The notes: generated by a model from the letters alone, not told the origin. Shown: positions 1-8,336, numbered from the stretch's first letter. The stretch: DNA of 25,734 nt from an uncultured Candidatus Marinamargulisbacteria bacterium (GCA_903910705.1 CAIWAN010000025.1:1-25734), one strand, 5' to 3'. Numbers and translations are program-made.

Positions 1-52
1 GAAATTATCCGGCATGCACTGGGGTTCAGAGAACGTTCAATCCATGGTCAGT

Positions 53-1366
53 CTAAGGGCAAGGGTTCTGTCGGGTCAGAGCGATGATATCGTTTCGAAA
101 TTCGGCCGTGCCGCTTGAACCCGACCATTTCTTATGCGCCCTCTTTTTGTTGATCCAATAACTAATAGAAAAATAGAGAACCATGAGTGAGGTGATGATC
201 CCATAAAGGGGTATTAGGTGGGTGAATGATGATTGATATTGTTGGGGGATAATAAGGACATAGGGGTTATCTTTGACGACCCCGCCGATAATACTTGAAG
301 CCCTGAGTATGAATGATTGAGGAATAAGATATCCACCAATGAAAAATAGCTGAATCCATCGAAACTGAAACCCACGCCGATGGTTTGGGGTGGGCTGAAT
401 TATTTGGAAGAGAAGAAGCGGAAAAAGAAAGGGCAGATCATATAAACGATGGTAGGCGATACTGAGCGACGTAGCAACAATAAGGATCGTAACAAGGAGT
501 GTTGGTTTTTTCCCCTTGGGCTGGGTCCAGATTACGGCAATTAAGGAGATAAGGGTTAAAAGTTTTAGTAGCGTATTCATAGGGTTATTTAAAAAGAAGC
601 CCATATTGACAAGATCTCCGCCACTTTTTGGATAGGTGTTCCATCCGTGAGAAGACATGGTCGAAATAGCGAGTGAGGTATAGTCACGATGAAGCGTAAC
701 AAGATCCCATCCCCAAAGACTCGGAAAGAAAGAGATCATTGAAACGACGATAAAAGCGAGGCCAAGTAGACGAAACTCTTTTCTCAAAAGAAGCACGATA
801 ATAAGAATTGGAAATAGAGAGTTTTTAATGATTATCCCCAATGCAAGAGCCAATGAACGCCACAAGGTGTTTCTGCCAAGGAGAGAAAAACAGAAGAATA
901 GACCTGCAATAATGGAAGCTTGTCCATTGCGAAGTGCGAAAAGGGTCGGCGCAGACTCAAGAAAAAAGGTTAGACCGACACTTAGCCAAACAAGGGATGT
1001 CCATCGAGAATGATTATGAATGGGGAGAGGGCCAATAAAGGAGGTGTACAAATACCCATATAGAATAAGAAGAACGATGATATCCAAAACGATCAACCCA
1101 AAACTGGCTGAAACAAGATCAAGTTGGATTATAGGCGAGAATAGAGCGGCAAAGCCAGGGGACACGGGCATTCTTGTCGTCTGAGTGGAACTCAGGATGT
1201 AGGGGTTAATTCCTGCCATTAGCCTTTGGGTTCCTTCATAATACACCGTAAAATCGCATAGGCCAGTGCGGAGAAGATGGGGCAGTCGAAGTATCAATGC
1301 TCCAAGATTTACGACTATTATGGTTAGTAGTACTCCGATCTTATAGCCAGATATGTTTTTTTTCAT
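53..1366 (-). CDS. Polytopic membrane protein, GT-C-type glycosyltransferase (DUF2029/GT87-like)
   Basis: 437-aa ORF made almost entirely of hydrophobic helices. The loop after TM1, 'CDFTVYYEGTQRLMAGINPY', resembles the acidic/aromatic loop of DUF2029/PimE-like polyprenol-phosphate-sugar transferases. Its start overlaps the stop of the upstream djlA-like gene by 4 nt. Confidence 0.5.
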   Translation of the reverse strand: MKKNISGYKIGVLLTIIVVNLGALILRLPHLLRTGLCDFTVYYEGTQRLMAGINPYILSSTQTTRMPVSPGFAALFSPIIQLDLVSASFGLIVLDIIVLLILYGYLYTSFIGPLPIHNHSRWTSLVWLSVGLTFFLESAPTLFALRNGQASIIAGLFFCFSLLGRNTLWRSLALALGIIIKNSLFPILIIVLLLRKEFRLLGLAFIVVSMISFFPSLWGWDLVTLHRDYTSLAISTMSSHGWNTYPKSGGDLVNMGFFLNNPMNTLLKLLTLISLIAVIWTQPKGKKPTLLVTILIVATSLSIAYHRLYDLPFLFPLLLFQIIQPTPNHRRGFQFRWIQLFFIGGYLIPQSFILRASSIIGGVVKDNPYVLIIPQQYQSSFTHLIPLYGIITSLMVLYFSISYWINKKRAHKKWSGSSGTAEFRNDIIALTRQNPCP

Positions 1367-2154
1367 CGGGAGGTTCTTAGATATTCATAAGACTCTGAGA
1401 TAGCTTTCATTTTCTTTTCGCTAGCAAGTCGCTGCCTTTCTTCGAGATGACAGGTTACATCGGGATGATATTTTTTAGCCATTTGACGATAGGCTGTTTT
1501 GATAGCATCCTGATTTGCGCCTGGATTAAGCCCTAGCACACGGTAACACTCGATTTCTTTACTTCGAGACATGGGGTCAAGGCCACGATGATGTCGTCGA
1601 ACGATGGATACCATATCGCGCTCTGATATTCCAAGTAGACGAGCCACCTGGTCCAGAAAGATTTGTTCGGCAGGTCTAATCTCAGAGTCGCTTATGGCGA
1701 TCAATACGAGAAAGTTGATAACGATGAGCTTCTGTTCGTAGGGGAAAGCTCCATTCATTGAGATGCAAAGATTAACTAAGGACGAAGGGGTGTGGAGCTC
1801 TTGTCGAATGGTATTGCCTACCCACTCAAGGGTTTGATCGTGGACGTTTAACTTTGAGATGAAGAATTGTTTAAGGGCTTGAATTTCTAAACGATCAAGT
1901 CGCCCATCTACTTTCATTAACGCAACAGCCAAACGAATCATCCAATCAAAGAACTGAAGCTCACGACGTTCTCTTGCGGGGGAAGTTCTTTTCTTTGTTC
2001 GCTTTAGAAGGGGTTGTCCAATCAGAAAGACCAATATTGAGAGGATTAGCATAACGAGACTAATGACCGAAACCCCCCAAATAGCTAGTGAAATGGGCAT
2101 GATCATGATAATGATCCCCAGAAAAATAAATTGCTTTGCAATCGGAATATTCAT
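1363..2154 (-). CDS. djlA: DjlA-like membrane co-chaperone (N-terminal TM helices, TerB-like middle domain, C-terminal J domain)
   Basis: Two N-terminal hydrophobic helices. The C-terminal 'ECYRVLGLNPGANQDAIKTAYRQMAKKYHPDV' is a canonical J domain with the HPD motif. This architecture matches DjlA. Confidence 0.7.
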   Translation of the reverse strand: MNIPIAKQFIFLGIIIMIMPISLAIWGVSVISLVMLILSILVFLIGQPLLKRTKKRTSPARERRELQFFDWMIRLAVALMKVDGRLDRLEIQALKQFFISKLNVHDQTLEWVGNTIRQELHTPSSLVNLCISMNGAFPYEQKLIVINFLVLIAISDSEIRPAEQIFLDQVARLLGISERDMVSIVRRHHRGLDPMSRSKEIECYRVLGLNPGANQDAIKTAYRQMAKKYHPDVTCHLEERQRLASEKKMKAISESYEYLRTSR

Positions 2155-2160
2155 GGATGT

Positions 2161-2189
2161 ATTATATCTTTATCTTGCTGTTTTGTAAT
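2161..2189 (-). promoter_or_regulatory. Sigma70-like promoter with leaderless geometry for the djlA-like operon
   Basis: Minus strand reads ATTACA (2189-2184), 17-nt spacer, TATAAT (2166-2161), 6 nt (ACATCC), then ATG at 2154. No SD is present. Confidence 0.45.
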
Positions 2190-2239
2190 CGGACTCATCT
2201 TGTTTCAGATTTTGGTTATATAGAAGGAGGAAAATTATC

Positions 2240-2815
2240 ATGAATGTCGTTGCTTTTAATGGGTCGGTTCGCAAGTCAGGAAATACGGACTGGTTGATCC
2301 GTCGATGCTTTACCGAGTTAGAGAGTGAGGGCATCGAAACGGAACAGGTTGAACTAGGTGCGAAGCCCTTTTTGGGATGTATTGCCTGTTATAAATGCTT
2401 TGAGAACAAAGACCACCGTTGTGCGGTTGCCAGTGATGACATGAATGACCATATTGCGAAGATGCTAGTGGCGGATGGCATTATCCTCGCCTCTCCAACG
2501 TATTTTGCGGATGTTACGGTTGGGATGAAATCCTTGATAGAGCGGGCGGGGATGGTCGCACGTGCCAATCATAATCATCTGCGTCAAAAAGTGGGTGCAA
2601 GTATTGTTGCGGTCAGACGAGAAGGCGCGCTCCATGTTTTCAATACCATGAATAATTTTTTTCTGATCGGTGAGATGATTATCGTAGGGTCAAGCTACTG
2701 GAATATTGCCAGAGGCCGGATGCCCGGAGAAGTCGCCGATGACGAAGAGGGCGTTCAAACCATCACAAAACTAGGCCAGAATATGGCTTGGCTCTTAAAA
2801 AAACTTAAAGCCTAA
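2240..2815 (+). CDS. Flavodoxin-fold NAD(P)H-dependent FMN reductase / iron-sulfur flavoprotein (Isf-like)
   Basis: The N-terminal 'VVAFNGSVRKSGNT' is typical of the FMN_red family. The compact cysteine motif C-x2-C-x2-C-x7-C (CIACYKCFENKDHRC) matches Isf-type proteins. A strong AGGAGG lies 9 nt upstream of the ATG. Confidence 0.7.
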   Translation: MNVVAFNGSVRKSGNTDWLIRRCFTELESEGIETEQVELGAKPFLGCIACYKCFENKDHRCAVASDDMNDHIAKMLVADGIILASPTYFADVTVGMKSLIERAGMVARANHNHLRQKVGASIVAVRREGALHVFNTMNNFFLIGEMIIVGSSYWNIARGRMPGEVADDEEGVQTITKLGQNMAWLLKKLKA

Positions 2816-2836
2816 TCTTTCCCCCGATTTGCCCTA

Positions 2837-2866
2837 TTGACGCGCCTTTGATCTTTCAGCCATAAT
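2837..2866 (+). promoter_or_regulatory. Candidate sigma70 promoter upstream of comM
   Basis: TTGACG (2837-2842), 18-nt spacer, CATAAT (2861-2866). It is followed by a roughly 40-nt leader carrying GGAGAGG before the ATG at 2908. Confidence 0.3.
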
Positions 2867-2907
2867 GCTAACGCAAGCAAATGTCCGATGTGGAGAGGTG
2901 ACGTTAA

Positions 2908-4437
2908 ATGTTGACGCAAATTCAAAGTGCAACTTTAGGTGGGTTTGAAGCGAAACGTATTGATGTTGAGGTCGATAGTCGACGGGGTTTGCCGGGTCTT
3001 AGCATTGTTGGTCTTCCTGATGCGGCCATCCGTGAAAGTCGAGACCGTGTTCTTGCGGCCGTCAAGAATTCAGGATACGAATTGCCGATGAATCAATTCT
3101 TTACGATCAACTTAGCCCCTGCGGATATCCGCAAGAATGGAACCCTGTACGACCTACCGATGGCACTCGCTTTGCTTCAGTCGACAGGGCAGGCAGATTT
3201 TCCGAGTTTAGAGGGGGTTATGATCATTGGTGAGTTGGGCTTGGGCGGAGACGTAAAGCCCGTTTCGGGTGTACTTTTAATGGCGATGTTGGCGAAAGAG
3301 ACGGGCGTGAAAGCGTTGATCCTTCCATCAAAGAATGAACATGAGGCCAAGATGGTTCAAGGCTTGCCGATCATATCGGTCACCTCATTATCAGATGCCA
3401 TCGATAAGCTTATGAAGCCGGAGGTAATGGGTGAGGTCTCCTCTTGGCAGCCTATTACAAAAATCGACGCTTCAACGGTTGATTTCCGAGATGTTCGAGG
3501 TCAAGTCCTAGCCAAACGAGCCCTTGAGGTAGCGGCCGCAGGCGGTCATAATATCCTCTTTATTGGCCCTCCTGGGTGCGGGAAAAGCATGTTGGCGAGC
3601 CGCGTGGGGAGTATTCTGCCTCACCTCAGTGATAGCGAAATGATGGAAACGGCTAAGATCTATAGTGTAGCCGGAAAAATGTCAGATCGAGAGGGGCGTT
3701 GGCATGAACGGCCGTTTCGATCCCCCCACCATACGACGAGTTATGCGGGGTTGATCGGTGGTTCCGCTTTTAGTCGACCCGGTGAAATCAGCCTCGCCCA
3801 TCGAGGGGTGCTATTTTTAGATGAACTACCCGAATTTAGTCGACTGGTCTTAGAGTCGTTGCGACAGCCGATGGAGGAGGGGCTTGTTCATATCGCTCGT
3901 GCGCAACAAACGATCACTTACCCGTCACAGTTCATGTTGGTTGCGAGCGCAAACCCTTGTCCGTGTGGCTATGACGGTCATCCGACGATCCCTTGTCGAT
4001 GCACCTTAATGAATCGGCAACGCTATAATATTAAGCTGTCTGGCCCATTACTGGATCGTTTTGACATGGTGTTAACGCTTCGGCCTGTTCCTGAGAAGGA
4101 ATTGTTTCGCTTGCCCGAGGGAGAGTCCAGTCAAATTATTCGAGAAAGAGTGGGGCGGGTATCGTGTTTTCAACAAACCCATCGGAAACAAACGGTTCAA
4201 AATGCGCGTTTAGGATCGGCTGAGATCCAGAGAGAGATTGATCAGTCACCCAACCTGTACAAAGAAATCATTAGCCGAACGCCCTCGCTTCGTTTGAGCG
4301 CAAGGCAGTTACATAAAATGATCCGAGTGGCTCGTACCCTTGCGGATCTCTCCGGGTCATCTCATGTTGAGGTTGCTCACCTTCTTGAAGCGTTACAATA
4401 TCGGAACCGATACCATGATATCCCAGCTGCCTGTTAA
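2908..4437 (+). CDS. comM: YifB/ComM family Mg-chelatase-like AAA+ ATPase
   Basis: 509 aa. The N-terminal Lon-protease-like domain begins 'ATLGGFEAKRIDVEVD'. Walker A is 'GPPGCGKSM', Walker B is 'GVLFLDELPEF', and the Cys cluster 'NPCPCGY...CRC' is present. All are hallmarks of the ComM/YifB family. Confidence 0.9.
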   Translation: MLTQIQSATLGGFEAKRIDVEVDSRRGLPGLSIVGLPDAAIRESRDRVLAAVKNSGYELPMNQFFTINLAPADIRKNGTLYDLPMALALLQSTGQADFPSLEGVMIIGELGLGGDVKPVSGVLLMAMLAKETGVKALILPSKNEHEAKMVQGLPIISVTSLSDAIDKLMKPEVMGEVSSWQPITKIDASTVDFRDVRGQVLAKRALEVAAAGGHNILFIGPPGCGKSMLASRVGSILPHLSDSEMMETAKIYSVAGKMSDREGRWHERPFRSPHHTTSYAGLIGGSAFSRPGEISLAHRGVLFLDELPEFSRLVLESLRQPMEEGLVHIARAQQTITYPSQFMLVASANPCPCGYDGHPTIPCRCTLMNRQRYNIKLSGPLLDRFDMVLTLRPVPEKELFRLPEGESSQIIRERVGRVSCFQQTHRKQTVQNARLGSAEIQREIDQSPNLYKEIISRTPSLRLSARQLHKMIRVARTLADLSGSSHVEVAHLLEALQYRNRYHDIPAAC

Positions 4438-4966
4438 CGAGTCTTTTACAATCTCGTGTCCGTTGGACGTGAACCCCAAGCCTTTGATCGAGTTGCTTAT
4501 GCAGGGTCGATATCGGCAGGTTCCTGCGTATAATTATTCGCGCTCAGACAATCAATCCTTGATAGTGACCGTCGGAGCTACACGGCCAACGCTTACGGTC
4601 TCGTCTCGACAAAAGAAAGCGGGGGCTGTTGTCTTACTCGCTGCCATATTGCTTCTCTGCCAACACATGGTCGTGAAAAAAAACCAATATCAACGCTTAG
4701 AGCGAAAAGCAGTCAATCTAATGCTATATAAGGCGGAGACGAACGAACGATCACTAAAAATGAGCAAGGCTTTTATCGATATCCTTCGACTGCCTATCTA
4801 TATTCGTAAAGTTGAGGTGACGCCGGTGGGGTGGTCATTAGACGTTATGGGAGATCCTACGCAGATCCAAACACTCTCATCGAGATGGAAGGTGATCCTT
4901 CCGGTGGAAAGCACACAAAACGGATTAACAAAGATCAAAGGAGGCGGAACATGGGCGACCAAATAG
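4415..4966 (+). CDS. Bitopic membrane protein, PilN/GspL-like (hypothetical)
   Basis: The ORF-track start at 4340 lies inside comM. The first plausible ATG is 4415, which overlaps the comM end by 23 nt. It has a roughly 75-aa cytoplasmic part, one TM helix (AGAVVLLAAILLLC), then a coiled-coil plus small beta-rich periplasmic part, as in PilN-type pilus alignment proteins. The start is uncertain. Confidence 0.4.
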   Translation: MISQLPVNESFTISCPLDVNPKPLIELLMQGRYRQVPAYNYSRSDNQSLIVTVGATRPTLTVSSRQKKAGAVVLLAAILLLCQHMVVKKNQYQRLERKAVNLMLYKAETNERSLKMSKAFIDILRLPIYIRKVEVTPVGWSLDVMGDPTQIQTLSSRWKVILPVESTQNGLTKIKGGGTWATK

Positions 4967-5226
4967 TAAATGGGGTGCTAGTGCTTTTATTGTCGGGCGT
5001 TATTGTTTCAATGGTGTTTTTATTTCAGCCCCCGATCTTGTTGTCGACACCATTAGCCTGTAATCGGTCTAGGCTGCCTATCGATTGGGTCGAGATTCAA
5101 GGAAGGTGGGCGTGTGCTAACGTAACACCTGAATCGTTGTCAGCCATGCTTCGGGTGCTGCGGACGTGGGATAAAGTGCCCGCGCGTATCCGACTTGAGC
5201 CCCCGGTTGCGGAGGTGATCTGGTAA
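4951..5226 (+). CDS. Small bitopic membrane protein (PilO/GspM-like position, hypothetical)
   Basis: The ATG at 4951 is preceded by AAAGGAGG at 6-nt spacing. It has one N-terminal TM helix (VLVLLLSGVIVSMVFLF). It overlaps the upstream stop by 16 nt, and its TAA overlaps the secretin ATG (TAATG). Confidence 0.45.
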   Translation: MGDQIVNGVLVLLLSGVIVSMVFLFQPPILLSTPLACNRSRLPIDWVEIQGRWACANVTPESLSAMLRVLRTWDKVPARIRLEPPVAEVIW

Positions 5227-6164
5227 TGAGAGTCATCCTATTATGTTTGATCATTTCAGTCTGTTGGGCGGGCAGCCAAGCGATCTTTACGTTTCCGCCC
5301 CCCTCTGCACCGGTGGCTCGACAACCTTCAGCTGTCGGGGCGACTCGGGTTCAAAGTCGAGTGATAACCCTCAATCATCGGCTTGATCTGGACTGGCCGA
5401 TCTTAATAACTCAGGTTTCCCCTTTAGTACGGGCAGTTCGTCCCGCTGGGTCTCGCTTGATCTATCTAGAGGGCGAACGATCCATGCTTGATCGGGTTGA
5501 GTCTTGGGTTTTTCAGGTCGATGTTGCGCCTCAAACCATCGAATATAGTATCGCTGTTGTTGAGGTGAGTCGTCAGGGAATCGAACAGTTAGGGATTGAT
5601 TGGCAGAGCTATTTTAATCAGTGGAAAACAACACGGGAGGAGGGTATGATTCATGTTGTCGATCAATTGAATGTGCTAATGAAGTCGGGTCAAGCCAATC
5701 TTAAAGCCAGCCCACGCGTGACCAGTATAGAAGGTCAGGAGGCCCGTATTCGCATCGGGGATAGGGTTCCTTATACTGTGCCGGTTGAAACGGCGACTAA
5801 GACGGGGTGGCAGCTGCAGTATTTGGATACAGGGATCGATTTGAAATTGAAGGGGTTCGTATTAGACGGGAATGTCATTCGCGCCCAAATCCAAGCGACC
5901 ATCAGCAATATCAAACAATGGAAAGCGACCCCCGCGGGGGACTACCCTATTTTGAGTAGTCGAGAGGTCATGCTAGAAGGGGAGATCAAGAGCGGAGACA
6001 CGCTTGTTCTGGGAGGACTCAGTCAGCAACAAGAGCGTAAAAACCATCAAACCGTGCCCATTTTAGGGGATTTGCCGGTGTTGGGGGACGTGCTTGACAT
6101 GAAAACCTCCGAGCAAGAGTCCAGTGAAGTGGTCTTTATGCTGACACCCGTGGTGAAGAAATGA
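5226..6164 (+). CDS. Short secretin (type II/III secretion system / PilQ family outer-membrane channel)
   Basis: It has a signal peptide (MRVILLCLIISVCWAGSQA). The C-terminal secretin signature is 'VPILGDLPVLGDVLDMKTSEQESSEVVFMLTPVV', preceded by 'ASPRVTSIEGQEARIRIGDRVPY'. There is only one N-type domain, and the protein is 312 aa in total. Confidence 0.8.
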   Translation: MRVILLCLIISVCWAGSQAIFTFPPPSAPVARQPSAVGATRVQSRVITLNHRLDLDWPILITQVSPLVRAVRPAGSRLIYLEGERSMLDRVESWVFQVDVAPQTIEYSIAVVEVSRQGIEQLGIDWQSYFNQWKTTREEGMIHVVDQLNVLMKSGQANLKASPRVTSIEGQEARIRIGDRVPYTVPVETATKTGWQLQYLDTGIDLKLKGFVLDGNVIRAQIQATISNIKQWKATPAGDYPILSSREVMLEGEIKSGDTLVLGGLSQQQERKNHQTVPILGDLPVLGDVLDMKTSEQESSEVVFMLTPVVKK

Positions 6165-6211
6165 AAAGCGTAGTACGATGTAGTCAACATGAATACATTG
6201 GAGGGTCTAAA

Positions 6212-6436
6212 ATGGATCAATCAACCCCAACCTCGGTAAGACTGGAGAAAAACGTCATAGAAGAAATCGATTCGATCGCTCGGCGTGCGCATCGGTCTCG
6301 TGCTTGGATCATCAAGGAGGCAGTTAATTTGTATTTAGATGAAAGAGCTGATCTTGATGTTGCCTTAAGCAAATTGCAAGACCCGAATTCAGACTATATC
6401 GACTGGGACATCGCAAAACATGACCTTCTCCATTAA
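6212..6436 (+). CDS. Ribbon-helix-helix (CopG/RelB-like) antitoxin
   Basis: GGAGG lies 8 nt upstream of the ATG at 6212; the ORF-track start at 6161 is an N-terminal over-extension. 'TSVRLEKNVIEEIDSIARRAHRSRAWIIKEAV' has the RHH pattern. It overlaps the toxin gene by 17 nt. Confidence 0.75.
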   Translation: MDQSTPTSVRLEKNVIEEIDSIARRAHRSRAWIIKEAVNLYLDERADLDVALSKLQDPNSDYIDWDIAKHDLLH

Positions 6437-6674
6437 GATTGAAGCGAGTGCATTAAAGCAACTGGGAGCCATTGATAAGCCCTATCGTTTGTTGATTATT
6501 GATCAGATCGACGCTCTCGCTATTGATCCGTTCAGAGGCAAACAACTAAAGGGGCAATGGAAAAGTCTTCGACGAATCCGGGTTGGGAGTTATCGAGTGA
6601 TTTATTCGGTGAAGACCGATATCTTGGTTGTTCTTATTGTTCAAATCGGCCATCGAAAAGATGTGTATGACTAA
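6420..6674 (+). CDS. RelE/ParE-family type II toxin
   Basis: 84 aa. 'LRRIRVGSYRVIYSVKTDILVVLIVQIGHRKDVY' is the typical RelE/ParE C-terminal core. It is paired with the upstream RHH gene. Confidence 0.8.
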   Translation: MTFSIKIEASALKQLGAIDKPYRLLIIDQIDALAIDPFRGKQLKGQWKSLRRIRVGSYRVIYSVKTDILVVLIVQIGHRKDVYD

Positions 6675-6678
6675 ATCC

Positions 6679-7161
6679 TTAGCCTTGTTTTAGTTCTGTG
6701 ATCAGACGATAAAGGACATTGAGTCGCTCACTGATGACCTCATCATCTTTTTGAAGGCAAGCCTCAAAGAGATCAAGATCTTTTTGGATGTGTTCGTTTT
6801 CCTCACAAATCGCGACATTCATCGCGCCGCCTTGTAATCCGATCCGTTCAAGGAGGGGATAGGCGGGGTAGTCCTTTTCGTTTTTATGGTAACGCTCTTT
6901 AAAGAAAAGTTTTGACTGACAGATCAAAATCGCTAGATCAAGCGAACGATGGAGCGGCATTTCCTCGGATTGTCGAGACCACTTATCGCCGGTATGTCGC
7001 CAAACTTTTGCCGAGATCTCCAGATTGCCTCGGTCATTCCACTGTGCTAGACCCAAAGACAACCCTTTGGCGTCGCTATCATTCGCACTCCGCCCATCGA
7101 TTTTGTCATAGTCTTCGGAAACGATAACGGGCTTGTGTTTCAGCTCGGTAGGGATCTTCAT
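6679..7161 (-). CDS. Hypothetical soluble protein, no family recognised with confidence
   Basis: 160-aa ORF with AAGGAG 6 nt upstream of the ATG at 7161. It has ordinary amino-acid composition. It is convergent with relE/parE, with only 4 nt between the stops. Confidence 0.6.
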   Translation of the reverse strand: MKIPTELKHKPVIVSEDYDKIDGRSANDSDAKGLSLGLAQWNDRGNLEISAKVWRHTGDKWSRQSEEMPLHRSLDLAILICQSKLFFKERYHKNEKDYPAYPLLERIGLQGGAMNVAICEENEHIQKDLDLFEACLQKDDEVISERLNVLYRLITELKQG

Positions 7162-7270
7162 GGCTTGCTCCTTTTCAGTAATTTACTAAATAAGTAGTTT
7201 ACTGCAAATAATTTTGTTTGAGAAGGGCTTTTATGTTTTGGTTGGGACGTGATGTCGAACTCCGTAATAT

Positions 7271-7879
7271 TTAGGGTCTAAGTTGGCGGTCCCTGAGATT
7301 ATGAAGACGGTCACTTTTACTGGGCGCAACTCTTTCCGGTGGGCTACGATGGCTCTTTGGTTCTTGATAGCGATAATGATAGGGTGAACCTTTGTGAACA
7401 AGAAACCCATCAGAAAGAACAAGGTTAAAGGGTGACCGGTTATAATGGTTCACAATATACACAACATGTTCGTTTAGGGGGTGATTATCGGGTCTTATTG
7501 CGTTCCACTGTTTTTGCAAGTTGATTCGCGCTAAATTGTCATCATCAATTTGTCGGTTTATGGCAGCAATTTTGTTTTCCATGAATCGGATTTTATTATA
7601 CTCTTTCGAGAAACTTTTACTGGTTTCGTTATATTTAGTATTCAAGTAGAACCGATCAATATCGGATTCAAGGTCATCCCTGTCTTGTTTAAGATTTTTT
7701 ATCTCAACATCAAGCTGTTGGAGCTGAAGAAGAAGATCCTCTTGTTGATGACTATAAGGATATGTCTTTTGATATACGGTTTTTAAGGGAACTGAAATCC
7801 CAACATTTACAGCCATTCCAGCAAATATCCCTCCACAAGACAAAATGACGAATAAACTCACCATGCGTGTTATATCCAT
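7271..7879 (-). CDS. Membrane-anchored coiled-coil protein (hypothetical); C-terminal tail possibly frameshifted
   Basis: GGAGG lies 8 nt upstream of the ATG at 7879; the ORF-track start at 7936 has no SD. It has an N-terminal TM anchor (MVSLFVILSCGGIFAGMAV), then heptad-like coiled coil (LLLQLQQLDVEIKNLKQDRDDLESDI). The last roughly 45 aa are R/S/P/H-rich and look like out-of-frame sequence. Confidence 0.5.
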   Translation of the reverse strand: MDITRMVSLFVILSCGGIFAGMAVNVGISVPLKTVYQKTYPYSHQQEDLLLQLQQLDVEIKNLKQDRDDLESDIDRFYLNTKYNETSKSFSKEYNKIRFMENKIAAINRQIDDDNLARINLQKQWNAIRPDNHPLNEHVVYIVNHYNRSPFNLVLSDGFLVHKGSPYHYRYQEPKSHRSPPERVAPSKSDRLHNLRDRQLRP

Positions 7880-7989
7880 ACAAAGCACCTCCAGCCTTCT
7901 AATTAATAAACAGTTTTCATCAGCGAATAGTTCCAAAAAAAACGAGCAGGAATGCTTTGCCTCCGAACAAACATTTTTACCTTTATGCT

Positions 7990-8187
7990 TTAATGATAAT
8001 TACGTCCTTTATTATTTTTATATCGGTCATCATAATAAAGGTCTTCAAATAATTTCCCATTTTCGCCATGTTTATTTACTGAAATATAAGGTTTGATATA
8101 AGAAGAGGATGAGTCAATATCTTCCTTAGGTATGCCTTTATCGGGCTGAGCCTTGTCGTTATTATTTAACGCTTGCTTTGATCTCAC
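7990..8187 (-). CDS. Small hydrophilic hypothetical protein
   Basis: 65-aa ORF with a GTG start preceded by AAGGAG at 10-nt spacing. It is very AT-rich and low-complexity, so coding status is uncertain. Confidence 0.3.
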   Translation of the reverse strand: MRSKQALNNNDKAQPDKGIPKEDIDSSSSYIKPYISVNKHGENGKLFEDLYYDDRYKNNKGRNYH

Positions 8188-8250
8188 TTAGTATAGGCTC
8201 CTTTATTAGATATTCCCTTTAAGCATAAGCCATAAATAGGATTATGCAAG

Positions 8251-8263
8251 CAAAACCGTTTTG
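8251..8263. promoter_or_regulatory. 13-bp perfect palindrome CAAAAC-C-GTTTTG in a divergent intergenic region
   Basis: Read directly from the sequence. It is too tight for a hairpin, so it is more likely a dimeric-protein operator. Confidence 0.3.
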
Positions 8264-8271
8264 GAATACAA

Positions 8272-8289
8272 AACTCCAAAATGGCGGCG
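8272..8289 (+). repeat. Left copy of an 18-bp perfect direct repeat AACTCCAAAATGGCGGCG flanking ATPase gene 1
   Basis: It is identical to 9486-9503. A degenerate third copy (ACTCCAAAATAGCG) lies at 8305-8318. AACTCCA (8272-8278) is complementary to TGGAGTT (8294-8300). Confidence 0.9.
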
Positions 8290-8336
8290 AAAATGGAGTT
8301 GACGACTCCAAAATAGCGATATAATATAGGAGTATT

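Noticed and set aside
4340-4414. N-terminal extensions given by the ORF track here, and likewise at 4831, 6161, 12291, 12733, 13547, 19614 and 19630-19695
   Set aside because: The extensions lie inside or antisense to neighbouring well-supported genes. Downstream ATGs with SD sites or promoter geometry fit better.
8299-8325. TTGACG / TATAAT pair as the promoter of ATPase gene 1
   Set aside because: The spacer is only 15 nt, and the predicted TSS would fall inside or after the AGGAG ribosome-binding site. I kept it only as context in the repeat finding.
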